The notes under the pieces were generated by a model. That model had not been told where the DNA came from and made no database searches. It saw only the letters and a program-made list of their open reading frames with translations. From positions 9,478 through 73,477 of the forward strand of contig JBGPTW010000001.1 in the NCBI GenBank assembly GCA_041490825.1: a stretch of 64,000 bases of DNA. The letters are read 5' to 3'. The translations under genes and the position numbers were made by a program. Shown here piece after piece: positions 18,829 to 28,298 of the stretch. Source of the DNA: Candidatus Methylomirabilia bacterium. GTDB taxonomy: Bacteria > Methylomirabilota > Methylomirabilia > Rokubacteriales > CSP1-6. Positions within the stretch are counted from its first letter, which is position 1. Each line of letters starts with the position of its first letter.

Positions 18829-20715
18829 TCAGGACGGACGGTAGCGCGCGGCCCAGAGCTGGAAGACCAGCAGCGTGTACAGCTTCTTCCGGTGATCGCG
18901 CGCGCCGTTTTGATGTTCGCGTACGAGACGCTCGACCACCTCGGGTCGGAAGAGGCCGTGCCGGCGCAGCGCTGCGGGAGCGAGGACGTCGGCCAGCAGG
19001 GGCGCGAGCTCGCGCCGGAACCATCGCGCCAGAGGAACTCCGAAGCCTTGCTTCCGCCGGTCGATGATGTCGCGCGGCAGACCGTCGCGCATGGCCTGCT
19101 TGAGCACGTACTTGGTCGTCAGGCCACGGAGCTTCATGTGGGCCGGCAGACTGGCGGCGAGCTCGACGACCGCGCGGTCCAGCAGCGGCACCCGGACCTC
19201 GAGCGAGCACGCCATGCTCGCGCGATCGACTTTGGTCAGCACGCCCTCGCCCAGATAGCCCTTCAGATCCAGGTAGAGCAGCCGGGCGAGCGGATCGCCG
19301 GCGGCGACCTGAACGGCGGTGTCCCGGACGGTGTCGTAAGGGGCGCCCTCGATCCGCGCCGCCGCCTCGGGTGTCAGCAGCTCACGCTGTTCTTCAGGCG
19401 TGAACGAGCCCATCCAGCGCGCGTGGCGCTCCACATCGTCGTCGACCATGCCCTCGACGAAGCGCTTCAGGCGGAAATCGAGGCTGAGGTTCCCGTGCGA
19501 GACCGGCATCGCCTCCACGAGCGGCCGGATGACGCGCTCACGTACGACCCGGGGGACGCGCCGGTACGCGCGGGCCAGACGATGCGCCTGGTACGTTGGA
19601 TAGCCGGCGAAGAGCTCGTCGCCGCCGTCACCCGACAGCGCGACCGTTACCGAGCGGCGCGCGAAGCGCGAGAGGAGATAGGTCGGAAGAATGGAGGCGT
19701 CACCGAGTGGCTCGTCGAGGAGATCAGGCAGTCGGTCGACCAGCTCGAGCGCGGCCCGCGCGTCCAGAATCTCTTCGTGATGCTCGGACCCGACGGCCCG
19801 GGCAACCCGGCGGGCGTGCGCGGCCTCGTCGAACGAAGGGTCCGTGAAGCCGACGGAGAACGTCTGGAGGCGGCCGGTGACGTGGGACGCGGCGAGCGCC
19901 GCGACGGTCCCGGAGTCGAGGCCTCCCGAGAGGAAGACACCGAGCGGGACGTCGCTGACGAGATGACGTCGAACCGCGGCGTCCAGCGTCGCGCGAAGCT
20001 TCTCGGCCGCTTCACGTTCATCGAGCGCCGAGGGTCGTGAGAAGTCGAGATTCCAGTACGGCTCGACCTTGACTCGGCCGTCGGTGTAGCTGAGCCAGTG
20101 CCCGGCCGGAAGCTTTCGAACGCTCCGAAAGATCGCGTGCGGCGCCGGCACGTACTCGTACGCGAGATAGCGGGAGACACTCGGGATGTCGAGTGTCCGA
20201 TCGACCTCGGGATGCTCGAGGAGTGCCTTGATCTCCGACGCGAACACGAGCTGATCGGGCAGGACCGCGTAATACAGCGGCTTGATGCCGATACGATCGC
20301 GCGCGAGGACGAGCGTGCGGGCCGACTCGTCCCACACGGCAATGGCGAACATGCCATCGAGCTCGTTCAGGACGCCGAGCCCGAGATCTTCGTATCCGTG
20401 CACGATCACTTCGGTGTCGGACCTGGTCTGGAAGACATGACCCCGGGCGCGCTGCCGGTCGGTCAACTCGCGGTAGTTGTAGATCTCGCCGTTGAAGACG
20501 ACCCACACGCGCTGATCTTCGCCGGCCATCGGTTGATGTCCGGTCGCGAGGTCGATGATCTCGAGCCGGCGCATACCGAGTGCTGCCGGGCCCCGTACCA
20601 CGGCGCCCGCGTCATCGGGGCCGCGATGGCGGAGGCGGTCGGTCATGCGGGTGAGGACCACGGGATCGGGCCGGCGGTCAGCCTGCGCGCAAACGATTCC
20701 GGCGATACCGCACAT
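18829..20715 (-). CDS. asnB: asparagine synthase-like glutamine amidotransferase
   Basis: MCGIAG, HRGPD, FNGEIYN, LSGGLDS, LSGDGGDE, KVDRASM. Confidence 0.96.
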   Translation of the reverse strand: MCGIAGIVCAQADRRPDPVVLTRMTDRLRHRGPDDAGAVVRGPAALGMRRLEIIDLATGHQPMAGEDQRVWVVFNGEIYNYRELTDRQRARGHVFQTRSDTEVIVHGYEDLGLGVLNELDGMFAIAVWDESARTLVLARDRIGIKPLYYAVLPDQLVFASEIKALLEHPEVDRTLDIPSVSRYLAYEYVPAPHAIFRSVRKLPAGHWLSYTDGRVKVEPYWNLDFSRPSALDEREAAEKLRATLDAAVRRHLVSDVPLGVFLSGGLDSGTVAALAASHVTGRLQTFSVGFTDPSFDEAAHARRVARAVGSEHHEEILDARAALELVDRLPDLLDEPLGDASILPTYLLSRFARRSVTVALSGDGGDELFAGYPTYQAHRLARAYRRVPRVVRERVIRPLVEAMPVSHGNLSLDFRLKRFVEGMVDDDVERHARWMGSFTPEEQRELLTPEAAARIEGAPYDTVRDTAVQVAAGDPLARLLYLDLKGYLGEGVLTKVDRASMACSLEVRVPLLDRAVVELAASLPAHMKLRGLTTKYVLKQAMRDGLPRDIIDRRKQGFGVPLARWFRRELAPLLADVLAPAALRRHGLFRPEVVERLVREHQNGARDHRKKLYTLLVFQLWAARYRPS

Positions 20716-20720
20716 CGCCG

Positions 20721-21776
20721 CTACTCCGGCCGGTCGAGACCGACCGTCTCGCGCACGTAATACGTGCGCTTGCGCTGGGTCTCGTAGAATCCGCGGATGA
20801 CGATCTCGGCCAGAAAGCCGATGAACAGCGACAGCACCCCGGTCAGGAAGAAGACCACCATGAGGAAGACGAGCGGGGTGGCTTCCAGTCGGTGCAGCAC
20901 GAACAGACGGTACGCAACCACCCCTAATGCCGCGAACCCCAGTCCGAGATTGATGAGCCCGAACGTGCCGAACACGTAGTTCGGTCGCGCCGAGAAGTCG
21001 CCGATGAACTTCAGCGTGATGAGATCGATGATGACCTTGTAGGTCCGGAGCAAGCCGTACTTCGAGCGGCCGTGCCGCCGCGCATGATGCGTCACCTCGA
21101 TCTCGGCGATCCGTCCGCCGACCCACGCCGCGAGCACCGGTAGGAACCGATGCATCTCGCCATACAAGTTCACGTCGTGGAGGACGTCGCGCCGGTAGGC
21201 CTTGAGCGTGCAGCCGAAGTCGTGGAGGGGAATCCCGCTCACGAGGCGGATGAGACCGTTGGCGATCTGGGACGGCAGCCGCCGCGTCAGCCACCGATCA
21301 TGGCGGTGACGCCGCCAGCCCGATACGACGTCGTTCCCCTCGTCGAGCTTCGCGAGGAGTGGGGCGATGTCCGCGGGGTCATTCTGGAGGTCGGCGTCCA
21401 GCATGATGAGAACGGGATGCCGCGCGTGCTCGAGGCCCGCGGCCAGCGCTGCCGTCTGACCGAAGTTCTTGCGGAGGCGAATCAGGCGGACGTGATCGTC
21501 GGATGCGGCCAGGCCTCGCAAGATCTCCCAGGACTCGTCGGTGCTTCCATCGTCGACGTAGATGACTTCGTAGTCACGTGAGAGGAGCTTGACGGCATCG
21601 CTGATGCGGCCGTGGAGGGGCTCGAGATTCTCACACTCGTTCAGGACCGGCAGGATGAGCGAGAGCCCGTCCGGGTGCGCGCGCGGGTCGCGGCGGCCAG
21701 TCCGGCCACTCTGGTCGGTCAGGCCACTCTGGTCGGTCAGGCCACTCTGGCCACTCAATGAGCGGGAGATTTCCAT
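20721..21776 (-). CDS. GT2 polyprenol-phosphate glycosyltransferase (ArnC/DPM-like) with 2 C-terminal TMs
   Basis: VDDGSTD, NFGQTAA, DADLQNDP, HDFGCTLKAYRR, GEMHRFLP. Start is 21776 or 21758. Confidence 0.92.
   Translation of the reverse strand: MEISRSLSGQSGLTDQSGLTDQSGRTGRRDPRAHPDGLSLILPVLNECENLEPLHGRISDAVKLLSRDYEVIYVDDGSTDESWEILRGLAASDDHVRLIRLRKNFGQTAALAAGLEHARHPVLIMLDADLQNDPADIAPLLAKLDEGNDVVSGWRRHRHDRWLTRRLPSQIANGLIRLVSGIPLHDFGCTLKAYRRDVLHDVNLYGEMHRFLPVLAAWVGGRIAEIEVTHHARRHGRSKYGLLRTYKVIIDLITLKFIGDFSARPNYVFGTFGLINLGLGFAALGVVAYRLFVLHRLEATPLVFLMVVFFLTGVLSLFIGFLAEIVIRGFYETQRKRTYYVRETVGLDRPE
21704..21750. repeat. 18-bp in-frame tandem repeat x2.6 (QSGLTD) in the GT2 N-terminus
   Basis: GGCCACTCTGGTCGGTCA at 21704 and 21722, partial copy at 21740. 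Confidence 0.9.
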
Positions 21777-23323
21777 CGGTAGATCTCGGTCTCCCCGATC
21801 TTGTCGACCATCACGTAGCCGCTCTGCGCGAGAATCTGTCGGTACCTCGGCTTCACGTCCCAGACCCAGTTCCCGAGGGCGACCACGTTGGCGGTGTGGT
21901 GCATGATATGCCACACGAGCTCGTCGAAGGAGATGTAGTTGTACCGGCCGACGTCCTCGGGCGCGAGATGGACCGAGTACCAGAGGTTGAAATGATTCTC
22001 GGTCCTGGGAAGGATCGTCGCCTTCGACTCGATGAGATAGCCGGGCCACCAGGTGATGACGAGCGGGTTGTCCGCCGTGATCTGCGCGTCGATCGCGCGA
22101 CTCACGCGATTGATCGTCGGAATTCGCCAGTCGTCGAACTTGAGCAGTGGGGGCGAGTCCCAGCCGACGACGTAGCGATGGACGTCGCCGGCGGCGACGG
22201 CGATGTAGATTCCGAGCAGCAGCACGAGCACGTGCTTCAGCCGCCGGCCTGCCACGAGACCGACCGGAGCGTCGCCAATGAGGTCCGCAATCAGCAACGC
22301 GGCGTTCATGATCATGAAGGGGGCCGGCATGCACGCGTACTGAGTGTAGATCGGCGTGGGCAGGAGACTGACCGCGATCAGCAGCCCTGCGATCGACACC
22401 GACGGCGGCAACGGCTGCCGCATCCTCAACCGTGACACGACGAGCGCCACGTTGAGAAACAGCAGGACGCTGAACTGGATGGTGGTCGCGCCCTCGGTCC
22501 CGTCCAGGCCGATCATCGCGAGGATCGCGCTCATCTTCTGCGGGAAATCGCCGACCGGCCCGCCGCCTGGCCAGCGAATCGCGTGGTGCCCGAAGACGTT
22601 GAACACGAACGTGTCAGGGCTCAGGACGAACAAGAAGAGGTTTGGCGCCAGCGCGAGCGCCAACCCCGCGGCCAGCAGTCCCAGCTCACGGGGGATTGCC
22701 GCTCCGCGTTCCCGGCGGACCACCTCGATGGCGAGCGTGAAGATGACCACGAACACGTAGAATCGGGTGTCGACGGCCAGGCCGAGGAACAACCCGCTCA
22801 GGAAGTATTTCCACCGGATCGCCGAATCGAGGATCGCACACGCGAGGAAGACCATCAGGGTCGGGAAGACGAAGCTCTTCACGAGGGGAAACCACGCAAA
22901 GGCCAAACCGGTGAACGCGTACGCGACGGTGGTGAGGAAGGCGAGGGTTGCCCGTCCCGTGAGCCGTGCGGTCTGACGGTAGAGGGCCAGCCCCAGGAGG
23001 ACCGAGAAGAGTGCAGACAGGAGGCGACCCGCGTACCACGAGATCCCGAACACCTTCATCCAGGCGCCGTAGAGATACGGCAGGAGCGGCATCTGAGGAT
23101 ACGAGAAGTCGTGGTAGAGGAGCTTGCCCTGCATGACGAGCTTGGCCGCGATCAGGTATGCGCCTTCGTCGGCATCGACGACGCGCACGATCGATGCCGG
23201 GACGAAAACGCCGACGAGGATGACGGCAAGCACCGCATACGTGACCCGCCGGTTCGTGCCCGCCACGATGCCGGCCCATGTGATTTCGGAGGCCGATGGA
23301 CCGGCGCGCTCCAGCACACTCAC
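21755..23323 (-). CDS. GT-C (ArnT/PMT-2-like) membrane glycosyltransferase, paralog 3
   Basis: TM followed by DADEGAY...G.L.Y.DF...Q.PL; polytopic. Confidence 0.75.
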   Translation of the reverse strand: MSVLERAGPSASEITWAGIVAGTNRRVTYAVLAVILVGVFVPASIVRVVDADEGAYLIAAKLVMQGKLLYHDFSYPQMPLLPYLYGAWMKVFGISWYAGRLLSALFSVLLGLALYRQTARLTGRATLAFLTTVAYAFTGLAFAWFPLVKSFVFPTLMVFLACAILDSAIRWKYFLSGLFLGLAVDTRFYVFVVIFTLAIEVVRRERGAAIPRELGLLAAGLALALAPNLFLFVLSPDTFVFNVFGHHAIRWPGGGPVGDFPQKMSAILAMIGLDGTEGATTIQFSVLLFLNVALVVSRLRMRQPLPPSVSIAGLLIAVSLLPTPIYTQYACMPAPFMIMNAALLIADLIGDAPVGLVAGRRLKHVLVLLLGIYIAVAAGDVHRYVVGWDSPPLLKFDDWRIPTINRVSRAIDAQITADNPLVITWWPGYLIESKATILPRTENHFNLWYSVHLAPEDVGRYNYISFDELVWHIMHHTANVVALGNWVWDVKPRYRQILAQSGYVMVDKIGETEIYRWKSPAH

Positions 23324-25062
23324 CGCGTCGTCTCCGGCGTGATCTCCACCATATAGACGTCGGCGTCGGCGTTCGACGCCTCATCGATCAGCCGGAGGAA
23401 GCGTGGCCGGCGCTCGCGGAACGTAGCGAGCAGGGCACGCTCGGTGGCGCCTTCGTGACTCTCGTCGCGCTTCTGACTGAACAGCACGTACTGCACGCCG
23501 CTCCCCCGAAGCTGGGCCAGGCGCGAAGCCTCCGGGGCGCCGGGCTCCATGAAGCGAGCCCATCGGCGCATCGCATCGAAGAAGTCAGGCGTCTCGCCCC
23601 AGTGGCCGGCGTTCACCGGATGACCGGTCAGCGCCGGGGTGAAGCACGCCACGGAGTAGTCGAAGAATGCCGCGCGGCCATCCGGGCCTGGGACGATCCA
23701 GGGTAGCGGCTGCACGGGCGCGCCGTCTGGCGCGTGGCGACTGATCCAGTCCAGCGCCGAGACTTCCCCCGCGTAGAGGAACGAGCGCACGGGTGGCTCG
23801 TTTCGCGTGAGGCTCTCGACGTCGCGGCCGAGGACCCGGATGTTCGTCAATGGGAGCAGCAGCGCGGCGCCGAATAGCACCGCGTACCGGACGGAACGCG
23901 TTCCAACGTGACCCTCCATCGGCGCGGAGATGAGGCCTGCCAGCCAGCAGAGACCGATGCCGGCCAGAATCCCGAGCGCCACGTGCTCGCCCATGATCAT
24001 TTTTCGCTGGAACGGCAAGGGCAGATAGGCGACGCCGAGATTCACGACGGCCCACACGACCAGGAGCAGGCGAGGATTCCGCGTCGCGCGCGGCCCAGGG
24101 CTTCGATACCTGAATACCTCGACATCTGCAGGGACGAATGCTCCGGCCACCGCGAGCGCGAGCACCAGCCCGTATCCTAGCAGATACCAGCCGGCGGACG
24201 GCGAGGCAGTCGGGACGGCCATGCGTCGAGCGAACACTGGCTCGACGGCAACCAGATACGCCGTGTAGCCCGTGGAGAGCGCCGCCAGGCCACTGGCGAT
24301 CAGTGCCCGCCTCCACGAGGCCGCCTCGATCCGTCGATCGATGGTGGCTCGCACGACGAGATATCCCCACCAGATCGCCGTGACCGTGATCACGTCGTAC
24401 GTGTGGACGTTGCCGAGTAGCAGCCCGCAGAGGCCCGCATACACGGCGTGCCGCGTCGAACGCCGGTGCTCGGCGACCCAGAGCCACCCGATGAAACCGA
24501 GCATGAGGGACAGCGCGACGAGGAAGAGGGGGAACATGTAGAGCGACAGAAATGTCACGCTCTCGGGCTGCCAGACGTCGACCGGCCCCGTACTCCCGCG
24601 TTCCCACAAGCCCGGCACCCATCCCAGCCCGGCCGACAGACAGATCACCAGAAACGCGGCGCGGCGCGCGCGCTCCGAGACGAGGAGAAGGCCGAGCAGC
24701 CACCACACGATGCGCAAGAAGGTCAGACCCGAGACGATCCGCGCGAGGTGATAGATGGCCGAGAGAGGAAGATGCGTCACACGAGCGACCGTGCCGAGCG
24801 CGACGAAGAAGACGTTCACCTGCCAGCCACGCTGGGACTCGGTGGTGAAGAGGTTGCCCTGAAGGATGTGACCCTCCGCGGCTTGCCGGATCCAGGAGAG
24901 GTGCACGCAGCTGTCCGCGACGTTGACCGTGAATCCGGAGAACCATCCGAGCGCCGGTCGAGCGCCGACGATCGCATGACCCGCGACGTACGGCAACGTG
25001 GTCACCGCCATCACGACGACGCTGATACCGAGCGCCCAACGCCGACCCGAGACCGGTCGCAA
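23320..25062 (-). CDS. polytopic membrane protein, probable GT-C fold
   Basis: Many TMs, periplasmic loop D...HLSWIRQAAEG, soluble C-terminal domain; operon context. Confidence 0.55.
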   Translation of the reverse strand: MRPVSGRRWALGISVVVMAVTTLPYVAGHAIVGARPALGWFSGFTVNVADSCVHLSWIRQAAEGHILQGNLFTTESQRGWQVNVFFVALGTVARVTHLPLSAIYHLARIVSGLTFLRIVWWLLGLLLVSERARRAAFLVICLSAGLGWVPGLWERGSTGPVDVWQPESVTFLSLYMFPLFLVALSLMLGFIGWLWVAEHRRSTRHAVYAGLCGLLLGNVHTYDVITVTAIWWGYLVVRATIDRRIEAASWRRALIASGLAALSTGYTAYLVAVEPVFARRMAVPTASPSAGWYLLGYGLVLALAVAGAFVPADVEVFRYRSPGPRATRNPRLLLVVWAVVNLGVAYLPLPFQRKMIMGEHVALGILAGIGLCWLAGLISAPMEGHVGTRSVRYAVLFGAALLLPLTNIRVLGRDVESLTRNEPPVRSFLYAGEVSALDWISRHAPDGAPVQPLPWIVPGPDGRAAFFDYSVACFTPALTGHPVNAGHWGETPDFFDAMRRWARFMEPGAPEASRLAQLRGSGVQYVLFSQKRDESHEGATERALLATFRERRPRFLRLIDEASNADADVYMVEITPETTR

Positions 25063-25065
25063 TTT

Positions 25066-26805
25066 TCAGCCGTCGAAGCGAAAGATCAAGAACTCCTCCA
25101 GGGGTCCGCTGCGCGGGGACCATCCCCATGGCATGCGTCCGCCTCGCGTGTCTCCGTAGAGAAAGATGAGGCCGACGGGATCGCGGGTGCGGGGCAGCCA
25201 CCGACTCGCCGCGACACGCTCGCTGGCGACGAGGCGGCAGCCACGCAGGATGTCGGCGATCGGCAGCGGATAGTCGACGTTCCTCGGAAACACGAGGACG
25301 TCACCCGGGATCAGTCGCGTGAGCAGCGGATCGAACTGCGCCATGCCCGCGGCACCGGCATAGTGCTGCCATCCCCAGTGCCCCAGGAAGTACATCGTCC
25401 CGCGAGCCGGTCGATACTTCGCGACGAGTCGTGGCGCCCACTCCCGGTACACGTTCGCCCATTCGAGGTCGGCCACTCCAACCGCAAGCCCCACGGCGAC
25501 GGTGAGAGCGAGCGCGGCGCCTCGCGCAACGCATCCGGGCCTGGCTGTCCGCGTCCCGAGGCCCTGCACCAGCAGCCCGAGCGAAAGGAGACACGGCACC
25601 ACGCTGCGCGGCGCGACGAACGGGCCGCTCATGGCTCCGAGATACCAGAACCCGACGGTCCAGACGATCAGCATGGCCACGTCGCGCGTCGACATCAGAG
25701 CATCGGGCTCGGCCGCGGTGTCCTGGCGAGCCTCGCGGATGGTCCTCACGCGGATGAGCTCCGTCGCGACCCAGACGACCGCGAGCCATCCGCTGAACGC
25801 AAAGACAGCGGCGTGGACGAGGGCGGTGGTGTCCACGTGCGTCTCGACGTGCCGCAAATCGACGATGGCCGCGGTGGCGCCGGCGAGCGCGACGCCGATG
25901 CGAATCCCGGCCATCCGCGAGCGCTGAACGACTGGTCCACAGAGAAGCGCCAGCCAGGCGACGCCGGCACCGAGATACAGGATGGACGACGATAGCCGAT
26001 GCAACACGTCACTCCAGTGGGATGGCCACTGACTGCCCATCCAGTCTCGAGCGTGCAGCACCTGGGGTGTGCCGTAGACCACCGTGCTGGCCGCCTGGCC
26101 GGCCAGGAAGAGCATCAACCCGGTCGCGCCGGCGATCAGCATCCGCCGGCGCCGCCAAGCAATCGAATCGATCGCCATCACGGCAACCGCCACGATCCCG
26201 GAGTACTTCACGTTGACGGCCAGGCCGGCCAGCACGCCCGCCAGCAGCGCCAAGCCTTGCGAATTCCGGTCGCACGCGGACAGGTAGACGGCGATCGCGC
26301 TGGTGGCCAGCGCCAGCATCGGCACGTCGAGCATGAGATTTTGCCCGGCGACGATGAATGGGCTGGCCACGACGAGCAGGGTGGCGCCGACGGGCCAGCT
26401 TCCGAGTCGCCGGGCCCACGTGTAGGTCGCGAGCGCCAGCACGATCGTCCACGCGGCCCCGACGAGATGCAGTCCGAGGTGGCTCGTCAATCCGAGCGCC
26501 ATCCACGTCGCGAGCCAGTAACTGTAGCCGGGAGGGCTCAGCATCACGTTCCAGGTCGGTTCCGTGATTTGCTGCCAGTTGATCGGAGCGCTGAACGGCA
26601 GGATCGGATCCGTCACGATCTGGTGCGCGATGCTGAGATACAGCGGATCGTCGACGTGGACTGCCTTGCTCGCGAAGGCGGCGGCCGCGATCGCCCCGGC
26701 GACGCTGACGAGCGCCACGTCGCGGACCAGCGCTCGCTTCGGCACCGCCGCGGCCGCCGCCGTGAACACCGCGCGGCCGTCGTCGGCTACGGTCTGCGGT
26801 CCCAC
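25066..26805 (-). CDS. GT-C (GT39/PMT-2-like) membrane glycosyltransferase
   Basis: HVDDPLY acidic loop, M.DVPML, KYSG, polytopic, GHWGWQHY. Confidence 0.75.
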   Translation of the reverse strand: MGPQTVADDGRAVFTAAAAAVPKRALVRDVALVSVAGAIAAAAFASKAVHVDDPLYLSIAHQIVTDPILPFSAPINWQQITEPTWNVMLSPPGYSYWLATWMALGLTSHLGLHLVGAAWTIVLALATYTWARRLGSWPVGATLLVVASPFIVAGQNLMLDVPMLALATSAIAVYLSACDRNSQGLALLAGVLAGLAVNVKYSGIVAVAVMAIDSIAWRRRRMLIAGATGLMLFLAGQAASTVVYGTPQVLHARDWMGSQWPSHWSDVLHRLSSSILYLGAGVAWLALLCGPVVQRSRMAGIRIGVALAGATAAIVDLRHVETHVDTTALVHAAVFAFSGWLAVVWVATELIRVRTIREARQDTAAEPDALMSTRDVAMLIVWTVGFWYLGAMSGPFVAPRSVVPCLLSLGLLVQGLGTRTARPGCVARGAALALTVAVGLAVGVADLEWANVYREWAPRLVAKYRPARGTMYFLGHWGWQHYAGAAGMAQFDPLLTRLIPGDVLVFPRNVDYPLPIADILRGCRLVASERVAASRWLPRTRDPVGLIFLYGDTRGGRMPWGWSPRSGPLEEFLIFRFDG

Positions 26806-28298
26806 CGGTAGATTTCGGTGTCGCCGATCTGGCGCACCATCACGTAGCCCGCGTCGACGAGGACTTGACGCCAGCGAGGTTTCGTGTCGAAGAGGAAGAT
26901 CCCCAGCACGGCCACGCGGGCCGTGTGGTGCGCGATGTGCCAGGCGAGCGCCGGCGCCGAGATGTAATGGTAGCGTCCGATCTCTTCAGCGGTGAGCGCT
27001 GGCGAGTACCAGAGGTTCAGGTGATTTTCCAGTCCCGGCAGGATCGACGCTTTCGTTCCGATCACGTAACCCGGCCACCAGGTGATCACGGTCGCGTTGT
27101 CAGCGGGAAGCTCTTCATCGATCGCGCGGGCAACCCGACGGATCGTCGGAAGCTTCCAGTCGTCGACGTGATGGAGGGGCGGCGCGTCCCAGCCGACGAT
27201 GAACCGGTACAGGTCGGCCGGCGCGGCGACCACGTAGAGTCCGACGAGGAGCCACAGCACATGCTGGAGCCGCCGCCGGACGGCCGTCGTGTCCGCGACC
27301 GCCTTCAGTTCCCGCTCGAGGTCCACGATCAGCAGGGCGACGTTGACGATCATGAACGGCAGCGGCAGGCACACGTACTGCGTGAAGGTGGGCGTGGGCA
27401 GGATGCTCACGAGCAACAGCAAGAGCGTGATCGAAGTCGAGGGCGGGAATCGCTCCCGGAACGCCAGGCGAGACACCACGAAGGCCAGATTCAGGACGAA
27501 CAGGATCGTGAACTGCAGGCTGGTGGCGCCCTCTGAGCCGTGGACCGTGAGGAGCAGGAGGACCGTGCTTGCCTTCTGCCAGAGATCGCCGACCGCTCCG
27601 ACCCCACCGGAGCGGATCACGTGATGGCCCACGACGTTGAAGACGAACGTGTCGGGGTCGATGAGGAAGAAGAACAGATTCGGCGCCAGCGCGAGCGCGA
27701 GCCCGCCCACGAGCCAGCCGAGCTGCCGCAGTCCTGTCCGCCCCGGCTCCCGGCGCACGACTTCGATGGCGAGGACCAGGAGGACGACGATCACGTAGAT
27801 GCGGGTGTCCACGGACAGGCCGAGGAAGAGACCGCTCAGGAAGTACTTCGCTCGAGGCGGCCCCCAGTCCAGGACCGAATACGACAGGAACAGGAGCAGC
27901 GTGGCGAGCCCGAGAGTCTTGACGGTCGGATACCAGGAGAAGCCGACGCCGCTTGCCGCGAACAGGATCGTCGCCAGCAACCCGACTCCGACGCGTCCGG
28001 TGACCCGGACGACCTGTCGGTAGACGGCGACTCCGAGTGCGATCGCCAGGAGGGCGGATAGAAGCCGGCCGCTGTACCACGACACGCCGAACAGCTTCAT
28101 CCACGCGGCGTAGAGATACGCCATGAGCGGCGTGTGCTGATAGGAGAAGTCGTGGTAGGGCAGCTTGCCGTGAAGAACCAGATCGGACGCGATCAGAAAC
28201 GCGCCCTCGTCCGAGTCCACCATCCGGACGAAGGCGACCGGCAGGAATGCCGCGCCGAGGATGCTCAGCACCAACGCCCAGGTCAGGCGCCGGGCCAT
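26787..28298 (-). CDS. GT-C (ArnT/PMT-2-like) membrane glycosyltransferase, paralog 2
   Basis: Starts MARRLTW; DSDEGAF...GKLPYHDFSYQHTPL. Confidence 0.75.
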   Translation of the reverse strand: MARRLTWALVLSILGAAFLPVAFVRMVDSDEGAFLIASDLVLHGKLPYHDFSYQHTPLMAYLYAAWMKLFGVSWYSGRLLSALLAIALGVAVYRQVVRVTGRVGVGLLATILFAASGVGFSWYPTVKTLGLATLLLFLSYSVLDWGPPRAKYFLSGLFLGLSVDTRIYVIVVLLVLAIEVVRREPGRTGLRQLGWLVGGLALALAPNLFFFLIDPDTFVFNVVGHHVIRSGGVGAVGDLWQKASTVLLLLTVHGSEGATSLQFTILFVLNLAFVVSRLAFRERFPPSTSITLLLLLVSILPTPTFTQYVCLPLPFMIVNVALLIVDLERELKAVADTTAVRRRLQHVLWLLVGLYVVAAPADLYRFIVGWDAPPLHHVDDWKLPTIRRVARAIDEELPADNATVITWWPGYVIGTKASILPGLENHLNLWYSPALTAEEIGRYHYISAPALAWHIAHHTARVAVLGIFLFDTKPRWRQVLVDAGYVMVRQIGDTEIYRWDRRP